The notes below the pieces were generated by a model that was not told where the DNA came from, ran no database searches, and worked only from the letters and a program-made list of their open reading frames with translations. Below are positions 1-10,179 of a DNA stretch of 43,021 bases, in pieces. The stretch is from Prevotella sp. (GTDB taxonomy: Bacteria; Bacteroidota; Bacteroidia; Bacteroidales; Dysgonomonadaceae), in contig JAITVV010000016.1 of the NCBI GenBank assembly GCA_031285625.1, forward strand, positions 1 to 43,021. Direction: 5' to 3'. Each line of letters starts with the position of its first letter. The first letter of the stretch is position 1. A program made the translations under genes and the position numbers.

Positions 1-126
1 TATTGCTGACAGGTTGCTCCCCAGCAGTGCCTGTTTCCTCTTAACATCCTGACACAAAGATATAAAACTGAAATTAATTTAAAATAATCATCCAATTTAT
101 TTGGATTTTAACTGGAAAACATCCTT

Positions 127-837
127 ATGAACCATCCTAAGAAAGATATGGAATTCAATATCGTACAAACGCTCATCGACTTTTTCAACCAGTCGCAACA
201 ACTAGGTAAAGTAAAATGGTGGGGATCACTCACATCAGTAACAGTTATATCAACATTACTTTTACTGCCCCTGCCTTTTGTCATAACCTTTATTGATCTG
301 AAATTCTGGCTTATGATACCGCTTGCGATTGCATGGGTAATTGTAGTCGTATTTATTGTAATAAAAATATCAGACTATGCTTATAATTTGTCTTTCAACC
401 ATTTAGAGATTGAGAAAGGGAAGAGATTTGTGCGAATGCAAGAGTTACACAAGAGAAGATTTATTCTTTTTCATAACTTGCTGGATAAGTATTGTACCTC
501 TCACAAAAAGATCTTATCAGAAAGTCAACTGGATAAATATACCGATCTGGTAAAAGATGATTTAGATTTGAGCCCGAACAAAACTTATTCTATAGTGGGA
601 GTATCCATTGTTTTTGCTTTTAGCATAGCCCTATTTCCGGAAGTGATAAAATCACTTTTTCCTAATAATAGCTGGAATATCTATCTCTCTTTTTATATCT
701 TATTTATTATGGTAATACTATGGATTCTATGGTTATTCTCAATTTTCCGTAATAAATATATTGATTATCAAAATAGCCACAGAACAAAACTTATACATAT
801 ACTCAAATACCTCAGGGAAATAAAAGAAAATATATAG
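127..837 (+). CDS. Hypothetical integral membrane protein (about 4 TM segments in two pairs), AT-rich
   Basis: 236-aa ORF with two pairs of hydrophobic helices separated by a charged loop; no family recognised. Confidence 0.65.
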   Translation: MNHPKKDMEFNIVQTLIDFFNQSQQLGKVKWWGSLTSVTVISTLLLLPLPFVITFIDLKFWLMIPLAIAWVIVVVFIVIKISDYAYNLSFNHLEIEKGKRFVRMQELHKRRFILFHNLLDKYCTSHKKILSESQLDKYTDLVKDDLDLSPNKTYSIVGVSIVFAFSIALFPEVIKSLFPNNSWNIYLSFYILFIMVILWILWLFSIFRNKYIDYQNSHRTKLIHILKYLREIKENI

Positions 838-865
838 AGCCTGCGATACCCGAAAGTCATACGCT

Positions 866-1918
866 CTATACCGAATAGTAGATCTCGACCATAAACAGGC
901 TTCCTTTCCGCCATCTTACCCAGCCTAAAACCTCATTGGAAAGCGAATCTTCCAATTTAACCCAGTCGCCTTTCATCTCTACGGCGTGCAGGAATTCATC
1001 CCCTTCAGCCTCACTATCAACAGGGATTATTTCTGCATTATCATTCGGAGATTTGCGCGGGGGATTATCCTCGCGGTTAAAGTCTAAGATAGGTGCATTC
1101 AGTATATGCTCTTCCACTGTGCTGAATGTGATATTGAGATTCTTTTTCAGGTATTTCTCCAGTCCAAGCGCTTCATTGACAACAATCGTATAGCTGTCAC
1201 TATTTACCTTGGTGCATCTGACTACAAAGACACCAATGTCGGGATCAAATGCCCATGGGCTGAAATTATTCTTCCATTCCTGGTTATGACGAAAATAATC
1301 GATATAAAAAGACATCCATACAGACTTATCTCCGTTCAGTATTTGAGCCTTATCTTTAAGTCCGTCTTTCTCTCCGGGCTCGGGAAAAGTGATAAAGCCC
1401 ACTGTATTACCCATATCTTTCTTCAAAGACTTATAATCGTCTATAGGAGCAGGCGAAAAGCATTTTTTATCCTTATCGAACAGGTATAAAGATCCGTAAC
1501 TGTCGCCCGAATTAGGAATAAGCCGGAAATCCATAAGCCCGTCTTCGTTATAGTCCTTCTGAAGTATGTTTAACCCGCCTGTTTGCAGATCTGCCGGATA
1601 TCCCGAAAATTTAAGATCGCACGGGGATTCTTCACCATTTACATAAATCCGGAAATAACCTGTTTCCACATCCAAACTGATTTCTGTGTAATAATCAGGA
1701 GATACTATAAAGGTTCCGGAAAAGATATTCTTTGATTTATTATGAGAGAAAGGAACGATCTCCTTATTTTCATAATGTTTTAACACAAGGTTTACAGCTG
1801 CACTGTCCGGTTGTATTGTTACAACTGAATCTTCAGCCTCAGGGGTTTCATTGGTTGCTTTCGGATTGCAAGCCGCAGCAATAAAGATGAGCAAGACAAT
1901 AGGATATATGTATTTCAT
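866..1918 (-). CDS. Hypothetical lipoprotein with possible C-terminal SH3b-like segment
   Basis: Lipobox IAAAC; DYNEDGLMDF Ca-loop-like motif; C-terminal GDWVKL...GWVRW; starts 1 nt after the upstream stop. Confidence 0.75.
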   Translation of the reverse strand: MKYIYPIVLLIFIAAACNPKATNETPEAEDSVVTIQPDSAAVNLVLKHYENKEIVPFSHNKSKNIFSGTFIVSPDYYTEISLDVETGYFRIYVNGEESPCDLKFSGYPADLQTGGLNILQKDYNEDGLMDFRLIPNSGDSYGSLYLFDKDKKCFSPAPIDDYKSLKKDMGNTVGFITFPEPGEKDGLKDKAQILNGDKSVWMSFYIDYFRHNQEWKNNFSPWAFDPDIGVFVVRCTKVNSDSYTIVVNEALGLEKYLKKNLNITFSTVEEHILNAPILDFNREDNPPRKSPNDNAEIIPVDSEAEGDEFLHAVEMKGDWVKLEDSLSNEVLGWVRWRKGSLFMVEIYYSV

Positions 1919-1919
1919 T

Positions 1920-2618
1920 TTACTTTTTTAGTATGAGCTTATATTCTTTTTCGGATAAGGTTTCGAGCCGGAAATCATTATAATCTTCTATATACTTTGA
2001 CAGCATATCCAGTGATGCTTCTAATGGTAATTCATCCGAGAAATAAATCCCATCGAATTTTACAGATTCGATATATGCCGAAAAGCTATAATCGAGATCG
2101 GTTTCCCCGACATAGGCTAATGCTATTTTTCCTGTCCACTCTATATTATACGTACCATCCGGATTTCTTTGTTTGAATGTAATCCGATGATCGGCACAGG
2201 CATCATGCCCCAACAGATAAATATGGAAAGCCCTGTCTTCATAGTCTTCTTCCATATCGATAGGGGGAGTATCAGCCAATAAAGTGCGCCCCTGCAGGTT
2301 CTGTATATTTACCCTGTTATTCTCATCAGCAACTTTGATACCTCCATAATGCCACTTTGTAGATGACATAGTACAACTGTGAAAATTTCCCCATACGATC
2401 TTTGCCTTCCAGTCAGATTCCGGTTCAAAATCTTCGGGATCATCCTCGCCATCTTCTTCGTAGTAGTCTTCCGTTTTCAAGTGAAAATCAAAGTACAAAC
2501 CTTTTTCCTTATCTTCATCCTCTCCCGTTTCCAGACGGGCATTCCATACAAATTCTTTTATTCTGTGCCCTTTCGGATACGGATTATCATGAAAAAAGAT
2601 GCGGTTTGTCTTATCCAT
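1920..2618 (-). CDS. Acidic hypothetical protein
   Basis: 232-aa ORF; ATG overlaps the TPR gene stop (TAATG), suggesting translational coupling. Confidence 0.75.
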   Translation of the reverse strand: MDKTNRIFFHDNPYPKGHRIKEFVWNARLETGEDEDKEKGLYFDFHLKTEDYYEEDGEDDPEDFEPESDWKAKIVWGNFHSCTMSSTKWHYGGIKVADENNRVNIQNLQGRTLLADTPPIDMEEDYEDRAFHIYLLGHDACADHRITFKQRNPDGTYNIEWTGKIALAYVGETDLDYSFSAYIESVKFDGIYFSDELPLEASLDMLSKYIEDYNDFRLETLSEKEYKLILKK

Positions 2619-4666
2619 TACTCTGTCATTCGCTTGATGATACTGTATGCTTCTATTACCCCCATTTCGCCGGCTTTGCGCATATCATCGAGCGCACGGT
2701 CTTTATCCTTTATCTGGAAACGTGCCAGTCCGCGGTTGTAATATGCTTCTGCAAACTCAGGGTCGCGCCTGATGGCTTCGTTGTAGTCCAATATAGCTGC
2801 GCGGAAATCATTTTGCTTGTAGCGAATCTCAGCACGATTGTAATATGCATAGACAAATTCAGGATTCAATTCTATTACCTTACTGTAATTTTTCACAATG
2901 AGGTCATATTCCAGTTTGGACGGATCGAGCAACGTTGTTCCTGTAAGATTGGTTTCTTTCTTTATAGTATTGCCTGCAATAGCCAGTGCATCCGGTTGAT
3001 CGGATTTTTTGTCGTATTCCGGAACATTCTCTTTCAGGTCGAGCTGTTTGGTATATACCACTGCCAGATTGAAATAGGCAAGGGTAAATTTCGAGTCCTG
3101 TGCTATCGCTTTATTATAGTCCTCGATAGAACTTGCAAAGTCCTGTACAAGCATATAGTCCATAGCACGTGCAAAATATAATTCTGCATTTTTTGAGTTA
3201 TCTTCTATACGTTTCGACAGTTCATTTATCGACCAGAAATGATCTCCGATCTGAGGCTCGTTCAACGATCCTTCACTGTTGGTCAACCTCAGTTTTTTAG
3301 GCAGAACCGATTTTCGGTTAAGTGCATCTACAAGCTGGCTGTAATATACAAAACGCCTTATATCGTTTGGCTTCTCGTAATAGGTAACTACAAAGCGTGG
3401 CTCCAGGTCGAGCTTAACCTGCTTGTTCTGAATACGTCCACGAGTATTGCTTTCATACTTGCTCTTTTCTTCCTGTGTCTTATCAGCAACTACGAGCAGA
3501 TTAAATTTGTCGATATCCTTATCCGAGGTTTCCCTTGTTTTGGCTTCCTCTTCGGTGATGCCTTTTGCGGCCAATTCCCTGTTTTTGCGGCTCTCTTCGT
3601 TACGTGCATAGTTATAGTCACGTTCTGCACCTTTCAGGTCGTTCTGGCGACGCTTGATCTCTGAGCGGGCATAGAACCCGTGATAGAATTCAGGGTACTC
3701 AGCCAGCACTACATTGAGGTCTTCGAGCGCCCCGTTGTAGTCTCCGATATTGTTTTTGATCAGCGACCTGTTGAAATATGCAATATAGTTGTTCGGCTCG
3801 TATCTGATAACAACATCGAAGTCGCTGATAGCACGGTTATCATCCCCTACCTGTGAGCGTAACAATCCCCGGTTGAACCGGGCAATGATATTATTGGGAT
3901 CGAGATCTATCACCTTGTCATAGTCGGCCATTGCTCCGCGAAGGTCATTCTTTGAATAACGGATCAATCCCCTGTTTATATAGTTGCCTGCTTGCAGCGG
4001 CTCTATCTTGATAGCTTCGTCAAGGTCGGCAATCGCATTATCAAAGTCTTTCTTGTAGTAATATAACAGTCCACGCATCGAGTACGACTGCGAAAGGTAT
4101 TTATCCAGCTTTATAGCCTGATTGTAATTATCGAATGCCTGCACTGTATCCCCTTTTTCCTGATACATGGCTCCACGGGTAAGGTATCCCTGTGTATAGC
4201 TCGGATAGATGCGCAGAAGGTCGTTCAGATACTTCTCGGCTTCGTCGTAATTCTTTTTCTGAATATTTACGATACCTGTATTTACCAATGCAAATTTATC
4301 GTTCGGATAAACTTCCATCGTTGTCTTATAGTCTTCCAGGGCTCCGTCATAATTATTCTGATTCTGACGGGCATCCGCTCTGAGCTGGTATGCTTTGGTC
4401 ATAAACGGATTGCGCTCCAGCGCCAGTGTACAGTCTTCTTCTGTTCCCCTGTAATCATCCAGATAGTATTTTGCAATAGCCCTGTAAAAATATGGTTCAG
4501 CCAGATATGGTTTTGCCTTTATAGCCTGATTGAAATACTGGATAGCCAATACATAATCCTCATAGTAGAGTGAGTTGCGGCCGATAATAATCACCCTGTC
4601 AGTATTTATTTGGGCAGCAGTGAAGCTACTGATCAGTAGGAATATAGAGAATAGAAGTTTCTTCAC
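2618..4666 (-). CDS. Secreted tetratricopeptide-repeat protein
   Basis: Signal peptide plus many 34-aa TPR units (e.g. AYYNRG...A..DY..AI..DP); GTG start. Confidence 0.93.
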   Translation of the reverse strand: MKKLLFSIFLLISSFTAAQINTDRVIIIGRNSLYYEDYVLAIQYFNQAIKAKPYLAEPYFYRAIAKYYLDDYRGTEEDCTLALERNPFMTKAYQLRADARQNQNNYDGALEDYKTTMEVYPNDKFALVNTGIVNIQKKNYDEAEKYLNDLLRIYPSYTQGYLTRGAMYQEKGDTVQAFDNYNQAIKLDKYLSQSYSMRGLLYYYKKDFDNAIADLDEAIKIEPLQAGNYINRGLIRYSKNDLRGAMADYDKVIDLDPNNIIARFNRGLLRSQVGDDNRAISDFDVVIRYEPNNYIAYFNRSLIKNNIGDYNGALEDLNVVLAEYPEFYHGFYARSEIKRRQNDLKGAERDYNYARNEESRKNRELAAKGITEEEAKTRETSDKDIDKFNLLVVADKTQEEKSKYESNTRGRIQNKQVKLDLEPRFVVTYYEKPNDIRRFVYYSQLVDALNRKSVLPKKLRLTNSEGSLNEPQIGDHFWSINELSKRIEDNSKNAELYFARAMDYMLVQDFASSIEDYNKAIAQDSKFTLAYFNLAVVYTKQLDLKENVPEYDKKSDQPDALAIAGNTIKKETNLTGTTLLDPSKLEYDLIVKNYSKVIELNPEFVYAYYNRAEIRYKQNDFRAAILDYNEAIRRDPEFAEAYYNRGLARFQIKDKDRALDDMRKAGEMGVIEAYSIIKRMTE

Positions 4667-4712
4667 GATAAATCGTATTAAGGTCTAAGACCTATTTATA
4701 ACTTTGTTAAGT

Positions 4713-4828
4713 AAGAGGTATCAAAAGTCAAACTGCACGATCAAAATGTTATCCTCTTTGTCATTCTGAATGCAATGAAGAATCTCGATCCTCCGGATAT
4801 GAGATGTTTCACTTCGTTCAACATGACA
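4713..4828. repeat. Truncated MITE/REP-doublet composite (copy 1)
   Basis: Reverse complement of 17515-17662 over about 115 nt; has one GTATCAAAA end and the TGTCATTCTGAA...TTCAACATGACA inner palindrome; other end missing. Confidence 0.85.
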
Positions 4829-4876
4829 TTAATACTTAAACGTTGTGGCAAATATATAAATAATACATTAACAAAT

Positions 4877-4910
4877 AAGAAGAGAGACCTTTTAGGCCTC
4901 TCTTTTTTGT
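4877..4910 (-). terminator. Probable intrinsic terminator after wzc
   Basis: Imperfect AAGAGAG...CTCTCTT hairpin flanked by A/T runs. Confidence 0.55.
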
Positions 4911-4997
4911 ATTTTTTACATTTTTGTATTTAGAGTAATAGATTTTAAGTTTTAAGGGCAAAAACGGCAATTCATTACTCGATACTCAAAAACTTTA

Positions 4998-7394
4998 TCA
5001 GCTTTCGAAATAATCGTCATGATAATACGAATTCTTCTTCAGATAGTATGTCTTATCTCCGTAGTAACGCGATGTACCATAGTATCCTTCCCTACCCTTC
5101 ACATCATTGAACACCAAGGCTATATTTTCAACACCGTCGTAAGATAACTGCGAAATCACACTCTTGAAGAATGCCTTGTTCGTTTTAGCACGTCTGACAA
5201 CATACAACGTAGTATCTGCCATAGAAGACAATATATAGGCATCGGACACAAGTCCTACCGGACTACAGTCGATAATTACATAGTCATACTTTTCTTTCAG
5301 ATGCTCAAGTACCTGTTTGGTCTTGGCTGTCTTGATCAACTCACTCGGATTTGGAGGCAGTGTACCTGCAGGTATGATATCAAAACCATAATCAGGGTGG
5401 GATATTGTAATATCTTCGAGGCTAACCTGCCCGATGAGGTAATTGGAGATACCTTTTTGCGCCTCTATCTGCAAGGTTTTACCTACCGACGGACGGCGTA
5501 GGTCTAAGTCGACAATAACAACTTTTTTGCCCATCAACTGATAGACCGATGCGATATTAGTTGCAATAAATGTTTTACCATCAGCCGGTTCGGTAGATGT
5601 CACCAGCACCGTGATCTTATTCTCCCGCTGGGCCATATACTCTATGCGTACCCTCATGTTACGGAACGACTCTGCAAAACTCGACTTCGGATAGTTCTTG
5701 ACAAGGACTACTCCATTAGCCAGTTTTTTAGAGATATTTTCTATTGTACCAATAACCGGAAGTCCGGATATCTTTTCGCACTCTTCTTTCGACATAACAG
5801 CAAAATTGAGTACTTCTTCTTTTACAACAATAAAAATAAGCGGTATAACAAGTCCGATAAGAATAAAGTACATATAGTTCTTACTCTTTTCGGCCCCATT
5901 GATGGCACCGCCCATCATACGCGGATATTCCCAGATAAAGTTATCCGGAGTATTGGATGCTCTCTGAATCTGTGCTTCGTATAATCGCTGAGTAAGGAAC
6001 TGGTGATATGCTTCATTCATATTATAATCCCTCTGATATTTTATCAGATCGCGTTCCTGAGGAGGTAGATTATCCAGCTTAATATCGAGCATCTTGTATT
6101 TTTTTACCAGGGCATCTTTCTGATCCTGCAGGTTCACCTGAATAAGCTGTACTTCTTTCAGTATCTGAACCCTGAGTTCATTCAACTCATCAACTGTTTT
6201 TATATAAACAGGACTTTTAGCTCCCAGATTTTTCGCTCTTTGTAAAACTGCATTGTATTGTTGTACGTATGTGCTTAATAAAGGAACATTTAAGCCTATA
6301 CTGCTTGGATCAAGTAGTTCTGTACTGCCCATCACAGCTTCTTTTATTTTCTGAGTAGCTACCAATACAGCTTTTTCTCTTATCAAAAGTTCTTCTTTTT
6401 CTAAATCTGCAGCATCCATTTCTGTTCTGAGAGTCGTGGAAGCGACAGCATATACCCCTGTTTCCCGCTGAAATTTCTCCAGTTTCAGTCTGGATATATT
6501 CAATGAGTCATTGATAACTTTCAACTGTACATTTAAGAATTCGATAGTCAGGTCGGCCTGCTGGTTTTTCAATGCGAGGTTATAATTCTGAAATTCATCC
6601 AACAAGGCATTCATATAATCCATATCCTTTGCCGGATCGGTACCTGTCATACCAATAGTCAGAGCCGTAGAAGCCTCATCCTTCAAGGAGGTGCTAACAC
6701 GTCCGCTATACATTCCTATCAGTTGATACTTTGTGAAGAATCTAAACTTGAAAGGGATAAAATCTGGCTTAAATGTACTTGTTTTTCTGAATGTTCCTTT
6801 AAAGAACTGATTATCGATAGGTGAATCAAAAACTACATTAAATGATTTTTCTTCATCATTAGCAGGGTCATTATAGCTTATTCTGCATTGGTCCTGACTG
6901 ACGTATGTAACATCAAATACATAATTGTACGCGGCAGCCTTCACATCCAGTTCGAGACTATCGATATCTATACGGATAGGGGTGTCGGTGTAGAGGCTTA
7001 TGTATTTAAACTGGGTCTGGATAAAATAGTCGATGTACAACTTTTTATCCAGGTTTTGCACAGTACGGTCGGTAAGTCCATACGACTCGAGTACGATACG
7101 CTGGTTTTCGGTATTACGCAAAATGCTACCTAACGGAACGGCACCTGCCATAACGCTGGCGTTACCTCTGTCTTCGAGTATAATCATGGACTGAATACTA
7201 TAAAACGGCACCCACGATTTATTTTTTATATAAGCATATGCTGAGAATAGCAGCACAGAAATAACAAACAGGTACCAATATTTCAGTATTCTGTAAAACC
7301 ATAAAACAAAATCGAAAGACATCGTTGATTTGGCTTTTACTTCTTCAAAATACGGATCCGTATCGACAACTGGTTTCTTATAATTTATATCCAT
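4998..7394 (-). CDS. wzc: Polysaccharide co-polymerase / BY-kinase (Wzc family)
   Basis: Two TM helices flanking a coiled-coil domain; AESFRNMR; Walker A TSTEPADGKT; DLDLRRP; IIDCSP; Tyr-rich C-terminal tail. Confidence 0.93.
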   Translation of the reverse strand: MDINYKKPVVDTDPYFEEVKAKSTMSFDFVLWFYRILKYWYLFVISVLLFSAYAYIKNKSWVPFYSIQSMIILEDRGNASVMAGAVPLGSILRNTENQRIVLESYGLTDRTVQNLDKKLYIDYFIQTQFKYISLYTDTPIRIDIDSLELDVKAAAYNYVFDVTYVSQDQCRISYNDPANDEEKSFNVVFDSPIDNQFFKGTFRKTSTFKPDFIPFKFRFFTKYQLIGMYSGRVSTSLKDEASTALTIGMTGTDPAKDMDYMNALLDEFQNYNLALKNQQADLTIEFLNVQLKVINDSLNISRLKLEKFQRETGVYAVASTTLRTEMDAADLEKEELLIREKAVLVATQKIKEAVMGSTELLDPSSIGLNVPLLSTYVQQYNAVLQRAKNLGAKSPVYIKTVDELNELRVQILKEVQLIQVNLQDQKDALVKKYKMLDIKLDNLPPQERDLIKYQRDYNMNEAYHQFLTQRLYEAQIQRASNTPDNFIWEYPRMMGGAINGAEKSKNYMYFILIGLVIPLIFIVVKEEVLNFAVMSKEECEKISGLPVIGTIENISKKLANGVVLVKNYPKSSFAESFRNMRVRIEYMAQRENKITVLVTSTEPADGKTFIATNIASVYQLMGKKVVIVDLDLRRPSVGKTLQIEAQKGISNYLIGQVSLEDITISHPDYGFDIIPAGTLPPNPSELIKTAKTKQVLEHLKEKYDYVIIDCSPVGLVSDAYILSSMADTTLYVVRRAKTNKAFFKSVISQLSYDGVENIALVFNDVKGREGYYGTSRYYGDKTYYLKKNSYYHDDYFES

Positions 7395-7432
7395 CAGAAC
7401 AGGAGTTTTATCAGATTCTTAGAAAGTTTATT

Positions 7433-8176
7433 CTACCATCCATACATTACCGTATACACGAGGAATGTAAGAGGTATCATCATCGTAGCAGCAAACGAAC
7501 CTAAAGATTCAATATTAAAGAATGAGTTTTTATTTGTAGGGAAATAAATAAGATCGTTTGGTTTTATATAATAGAATTCAGACTGAATAACATCTTGTGT
7601 TCTCAGGTCGAATGTCTTTACCAACGAATTACCTTGCCCGTCTTTTCTTATTATACTTACTTTGGATAAGTCCATCGTCCCCGTTGTTTGTTCAGAGATA
7701 GCCAAAGCCTGATATATAGTCATATTATCTTTATAAACAGAATAAAATCCCTGCCTGTTGGAAGCCAGTATATAAAAATAATTACTGGATAAAGTTACCT
7801 TTACCTGAACATCTTTTATCGACTCCTGCATAAATTTCTGGATAATTTCCTCTGCTTCCTGTACTGTGTGACCGGCAACTTTTACTTTTCCGAAAAATGG
7901 TAGTATCACAGTACTGTCACTATAGATAGTATATGCTTTTACCGTACTTTGATTTACGCCTACAACGGTATTAAATGTTGTAACCATCTCTTCATCGCTC
8001 GTAGATATCGAACATGATATTTTGTCATCTACAGCTAACCTATATTCCTTATACGGTTCGAGAGGGTATTGAAGGTTGATTGTTTGTAAATAGTTAACCT
8101 CCTCACTTGAAATACAAGAAGAGAATATTCCCACAACAAAAACAATGGTTAATAGATAATATAGTGCAGACTTCAT
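7433..8176 (-). CDS. wza: Polysaccharide export lipoprotein (Wza/Poly_export), paralog 2
   Basis: Lipobox FSSC; ILPFFGKVKVAG; SLBB-like MTIYQALA; YYIKPNDLIY. ATG at 8176 preferred over the track start because it lies 1 nt past the upstream stop. Confidence 0.88.
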   Translation of the reverse strand: MKSALYYLLTIVFVVGIFSSCISSEEVNYLQTINLQYPLEPYKEYRLAVDDKISCSISTSDEEMVTTFNTVVGVNQSTVKAYTIYSDSTVILPFFGKVKVAGHTVQEAEEIIQKFMQESIKDVQVKVTLSSNYFYILASNRQGFYSVYKDNMTIYQALAISEQTTGTMDLSKVSIIRKDGQGNSLVKTFDLRTQDVIQSEFYYIKPNDLIYFPTNKNSFFNIESLGSFAATMMIPLTFLVYTVMYGW

Positions 8177-8177
8177 A

Positions 8178-8990
8178 TTAAAATACTCTAAGTGTAAATA
8201 CAATAACTCCGGCAACAGAGGTTAACAAACCGAACAATCCTGCAAACGATGTAGTAGTACCCAGGAACTTCTTTTTCAACTGAGGCATATACAGTACATC
8301 ATTTGGCTGAATATAGTAAAATTCGGTATCTATAATATCTTTACTCCTCAAATCAAAGGTTTTGACAACAGATCCGCTCTCAGTCTGACGTATAACACTG
8401 ACTTTCGACCTGTCGGCATAGGCACCGATAGTATTTGCAATGGATAAGGCTTGATAGATAGTCATTGTTGTACTTGGCATAGGTACCCTGCTGGCTCCGG
8501 CTTCACCCAATATGCTGAAATATCTGTTATATAATGAAACCTCGGCAGTGGTGCCATTCGAAAAGGCATCTAACTTTGATGAGATCATATTTCTAATTTC
8601 GAGCGCTGTCTGTCCCTGCACATAGACTTTTCCGATGTAAGGAAATGTGATGGTACCGTCTGCATAGACTGTTGTCGGTGGCACTCCGGAAGCATCGTCC
8701 AGGCTTCTGGCCTGAGCTCCGGCATCCATCCCCGTTCTGTCACCTATGCCCTGCCCCGAAAACCGGGGTCTATAACTCGAAAATAAGGCGGCAGTTTCGG
8801 GTTCCCAGGCATATACTACTATACTGAGCTGATCTCCGGGAATAATGCGGTATTCGTCGGGATTCATGACTGCCTCAGGGTAATTTAATTTTATATCTTG
8901 TAAGAAATCGGTATCCTTACTTGTTATGCAAGAGCTAAGACTGGAGATAATACATAAAAGTATTAAGATGACTTTTGCCACATTTTTCAT
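8178..8990 (-). CDS. wza: Polysaccharide export lipoprotein (Wza/Poly_export), paralog 1
   Basis: Lipobox LSSC; YRIIPGDQLSI; DGTITFPYIGKVYVQG; YYIQPNDVLY. Confidence 0.9.
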   Translation of the reverse strand: MKNVAKVILILLCIISSLSSCITSKDTDFLQDIKLNYPEAVMNPDEYRIIPGDQLSIVVYAWEPETAALFSSYRPRFSGQGIGDRTGMDAGAQARSLDDASGVPPTTVYADGTITFPYIGKVYVQGQTALEIRNMISSKLDAFSNGTTAEVSLYNRYFSILGEAGASRVPMPSTTMTIYQALSIANTIGAYADRSKVSVIRQTESGSVVKTFDLRSKDIIDTEFYYIQPNDVLYMPQLKKKFLGTTTSFAGLFGLLTSVAGVIVFTLRVF

Positions 8991-9002
8991 AATAACAGGT
9001 TC

Positions 9003-9566
9003 TCAGTTTTTTGATTGTACTGGTTTTACTTTATAATGACAATTGGTTTTTCCTTTTATCATATTGTTCAATTTTCCTTTCACCAGTTGTTTTCTTATTC
9101 CGGATATATGATCTACAAATAGTTTACCTTCGATATGATCATATTCATGCTGAATACAACGGGCAAAGAAATCATTATATACCTCATCATGAGAAACAAA
9201 ATTTTCATCAAAATATTGTATACGGATCTGTTCTTGCCTTTCTACAATCTCGTTGATACCGGGAATACTCAGGCAGCCTTCTTCCATTTTGACAAGTTCT
9301 CCTGTTTCTTCCACAATCTGCGGATTGATAAAGACTTTTTTGAATCCGGTATATTTAGGATTATCCTCGGCCAGAGGTTCCAGATCAATCACAAACAAGC
9401 GGATAGCCAAACCTATCTGAGGTGCAGCCAAGCCTATACCATCTGCATTGTACATGGTTTCAAACATATTGGTTATAAGTTCTTTCAGATTGGGATAGTC
9501 AGCGGAAATATCTTTTGCGACCTCTCTTAAGACCGGTTGTCCGTATAAATATATTGGTAATATCAT
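9003..9566 (-). CDS. def: Peptide deformylase
   Basis: [15 protein letters not shown] and QHEYDH motifs. Confidence 0.98.
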   Translation of the reverse strand: MILPIYLYGQPVLREVAKDISADYPNLKELITNMFETMYNADGIGLAAPQIGLAIRLFVIDLEPLAEDNPKYTGFKKVFINPQIVEETGELVKMEEGCLSIPGINEIVERQEQIRIQYFDENFVSHDEVYNDFFARCIQHEYDHIEGKLFVDHISGIRKQLVKGKLNNMIKGKTNCHYKVKPVQSKN

Positions 9567-9569
9567 TAA

Positions 9570-9995
9570 TTATTTGTTTTGTAATCGTAAACTCTCCATA
9601 TAACTCTGCAAGATAATGGTTGCACTTACCTCATCAACAAGTGCTTTGTTTTGTCTGTCTGATTTTTTCAAACCTGCATCCAGTATAGTCTTTTGTGCTA
9701 AAGCTGAAGTAAAACGTTCATCGTAATATTCGATCCGGATATCCGGATAAACAGATTGCAGTTTTTTTACAAATGGGCGAATATGCTTCATGTTTTCAGA
9801 ATATTCGTTATTCATTTGTTTGGGTAAGCCTACAATAATGCATTCTACATTTTCTTTCTCCATATAGGCTTTCAGGTAATCCAGTAGAGTATGGGTAGGC
9901 ACAGTTGTAAGTCCGTTTGCAATAATCTTGAGTGTATCCGAAACGGCTATACCTGTACGCTTGGTTCCATAATCTAAAGCCAAAAGTCTTCCCAT
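9570..9995 (-). CDS. ruvX: YqgF/RuvX pre-16S rRNA nuclease
   Basis: LALDYGTKRTGIA, VGLP, DERFTS, VDEVSA motifs. Confidence 0.96.
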   Translation of the reverse strand: MGRLLALDYGTKRTGIAVSDTLKIIANGLTTVPTHTLLDYLKAYMEKENVECIIVGLPKQMNNEYSENMKHIRPFVKKLQSVYPDIRIEYYDERFTSALAQKTILDAGLKKSDRQNKALVDEVSATIILQSYMESLRLQNK

Positions 9996-10005
9996 ATTAT
10001 TTCGG

Positions 10006-10013
10006 CAAAGGTA
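10006..10013 (-). promoter_or_regulatory. Bacteroidetes sigma-A -7 box (TACCTTTG) for ruvX-def-wza-wza-wzc
   Basis: Matches TAnnTTTG; 10 nt from the ruvX ATG. Confidence 0.65.
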
Positions 10014-10148
10014 GATAAAAAATATTTATTTCCCCCTAATATAAGTAAATAGTATATGTATTTATCTATCCGCGCTACAAAAATAATATTCTTGGGACGA
10101 AAATATATCAATGCCGGAAGTTAAAATGCAGTTAAATGATTATAAAGC

Positions 10149-10179
10149 AAAAGGGAACCCGATGTCGGGCCCCCTTTTT
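10149..10179 (-). terminator. Intrinsic terminator after susD
   Basis: Minus strand GGGGGCCCGA-CA-TCGGGTTCCC followed by TTTT. Confidence 0.75.

Noticed and set aside
2379-4383. Plus-strand ORFs opposite the TPR operon, and similar shadows opposite susC, thrS, fumarase, fabF, folD and rplT
   Set aside because: Fully overlap well-supported genes and show no recognisable motifs
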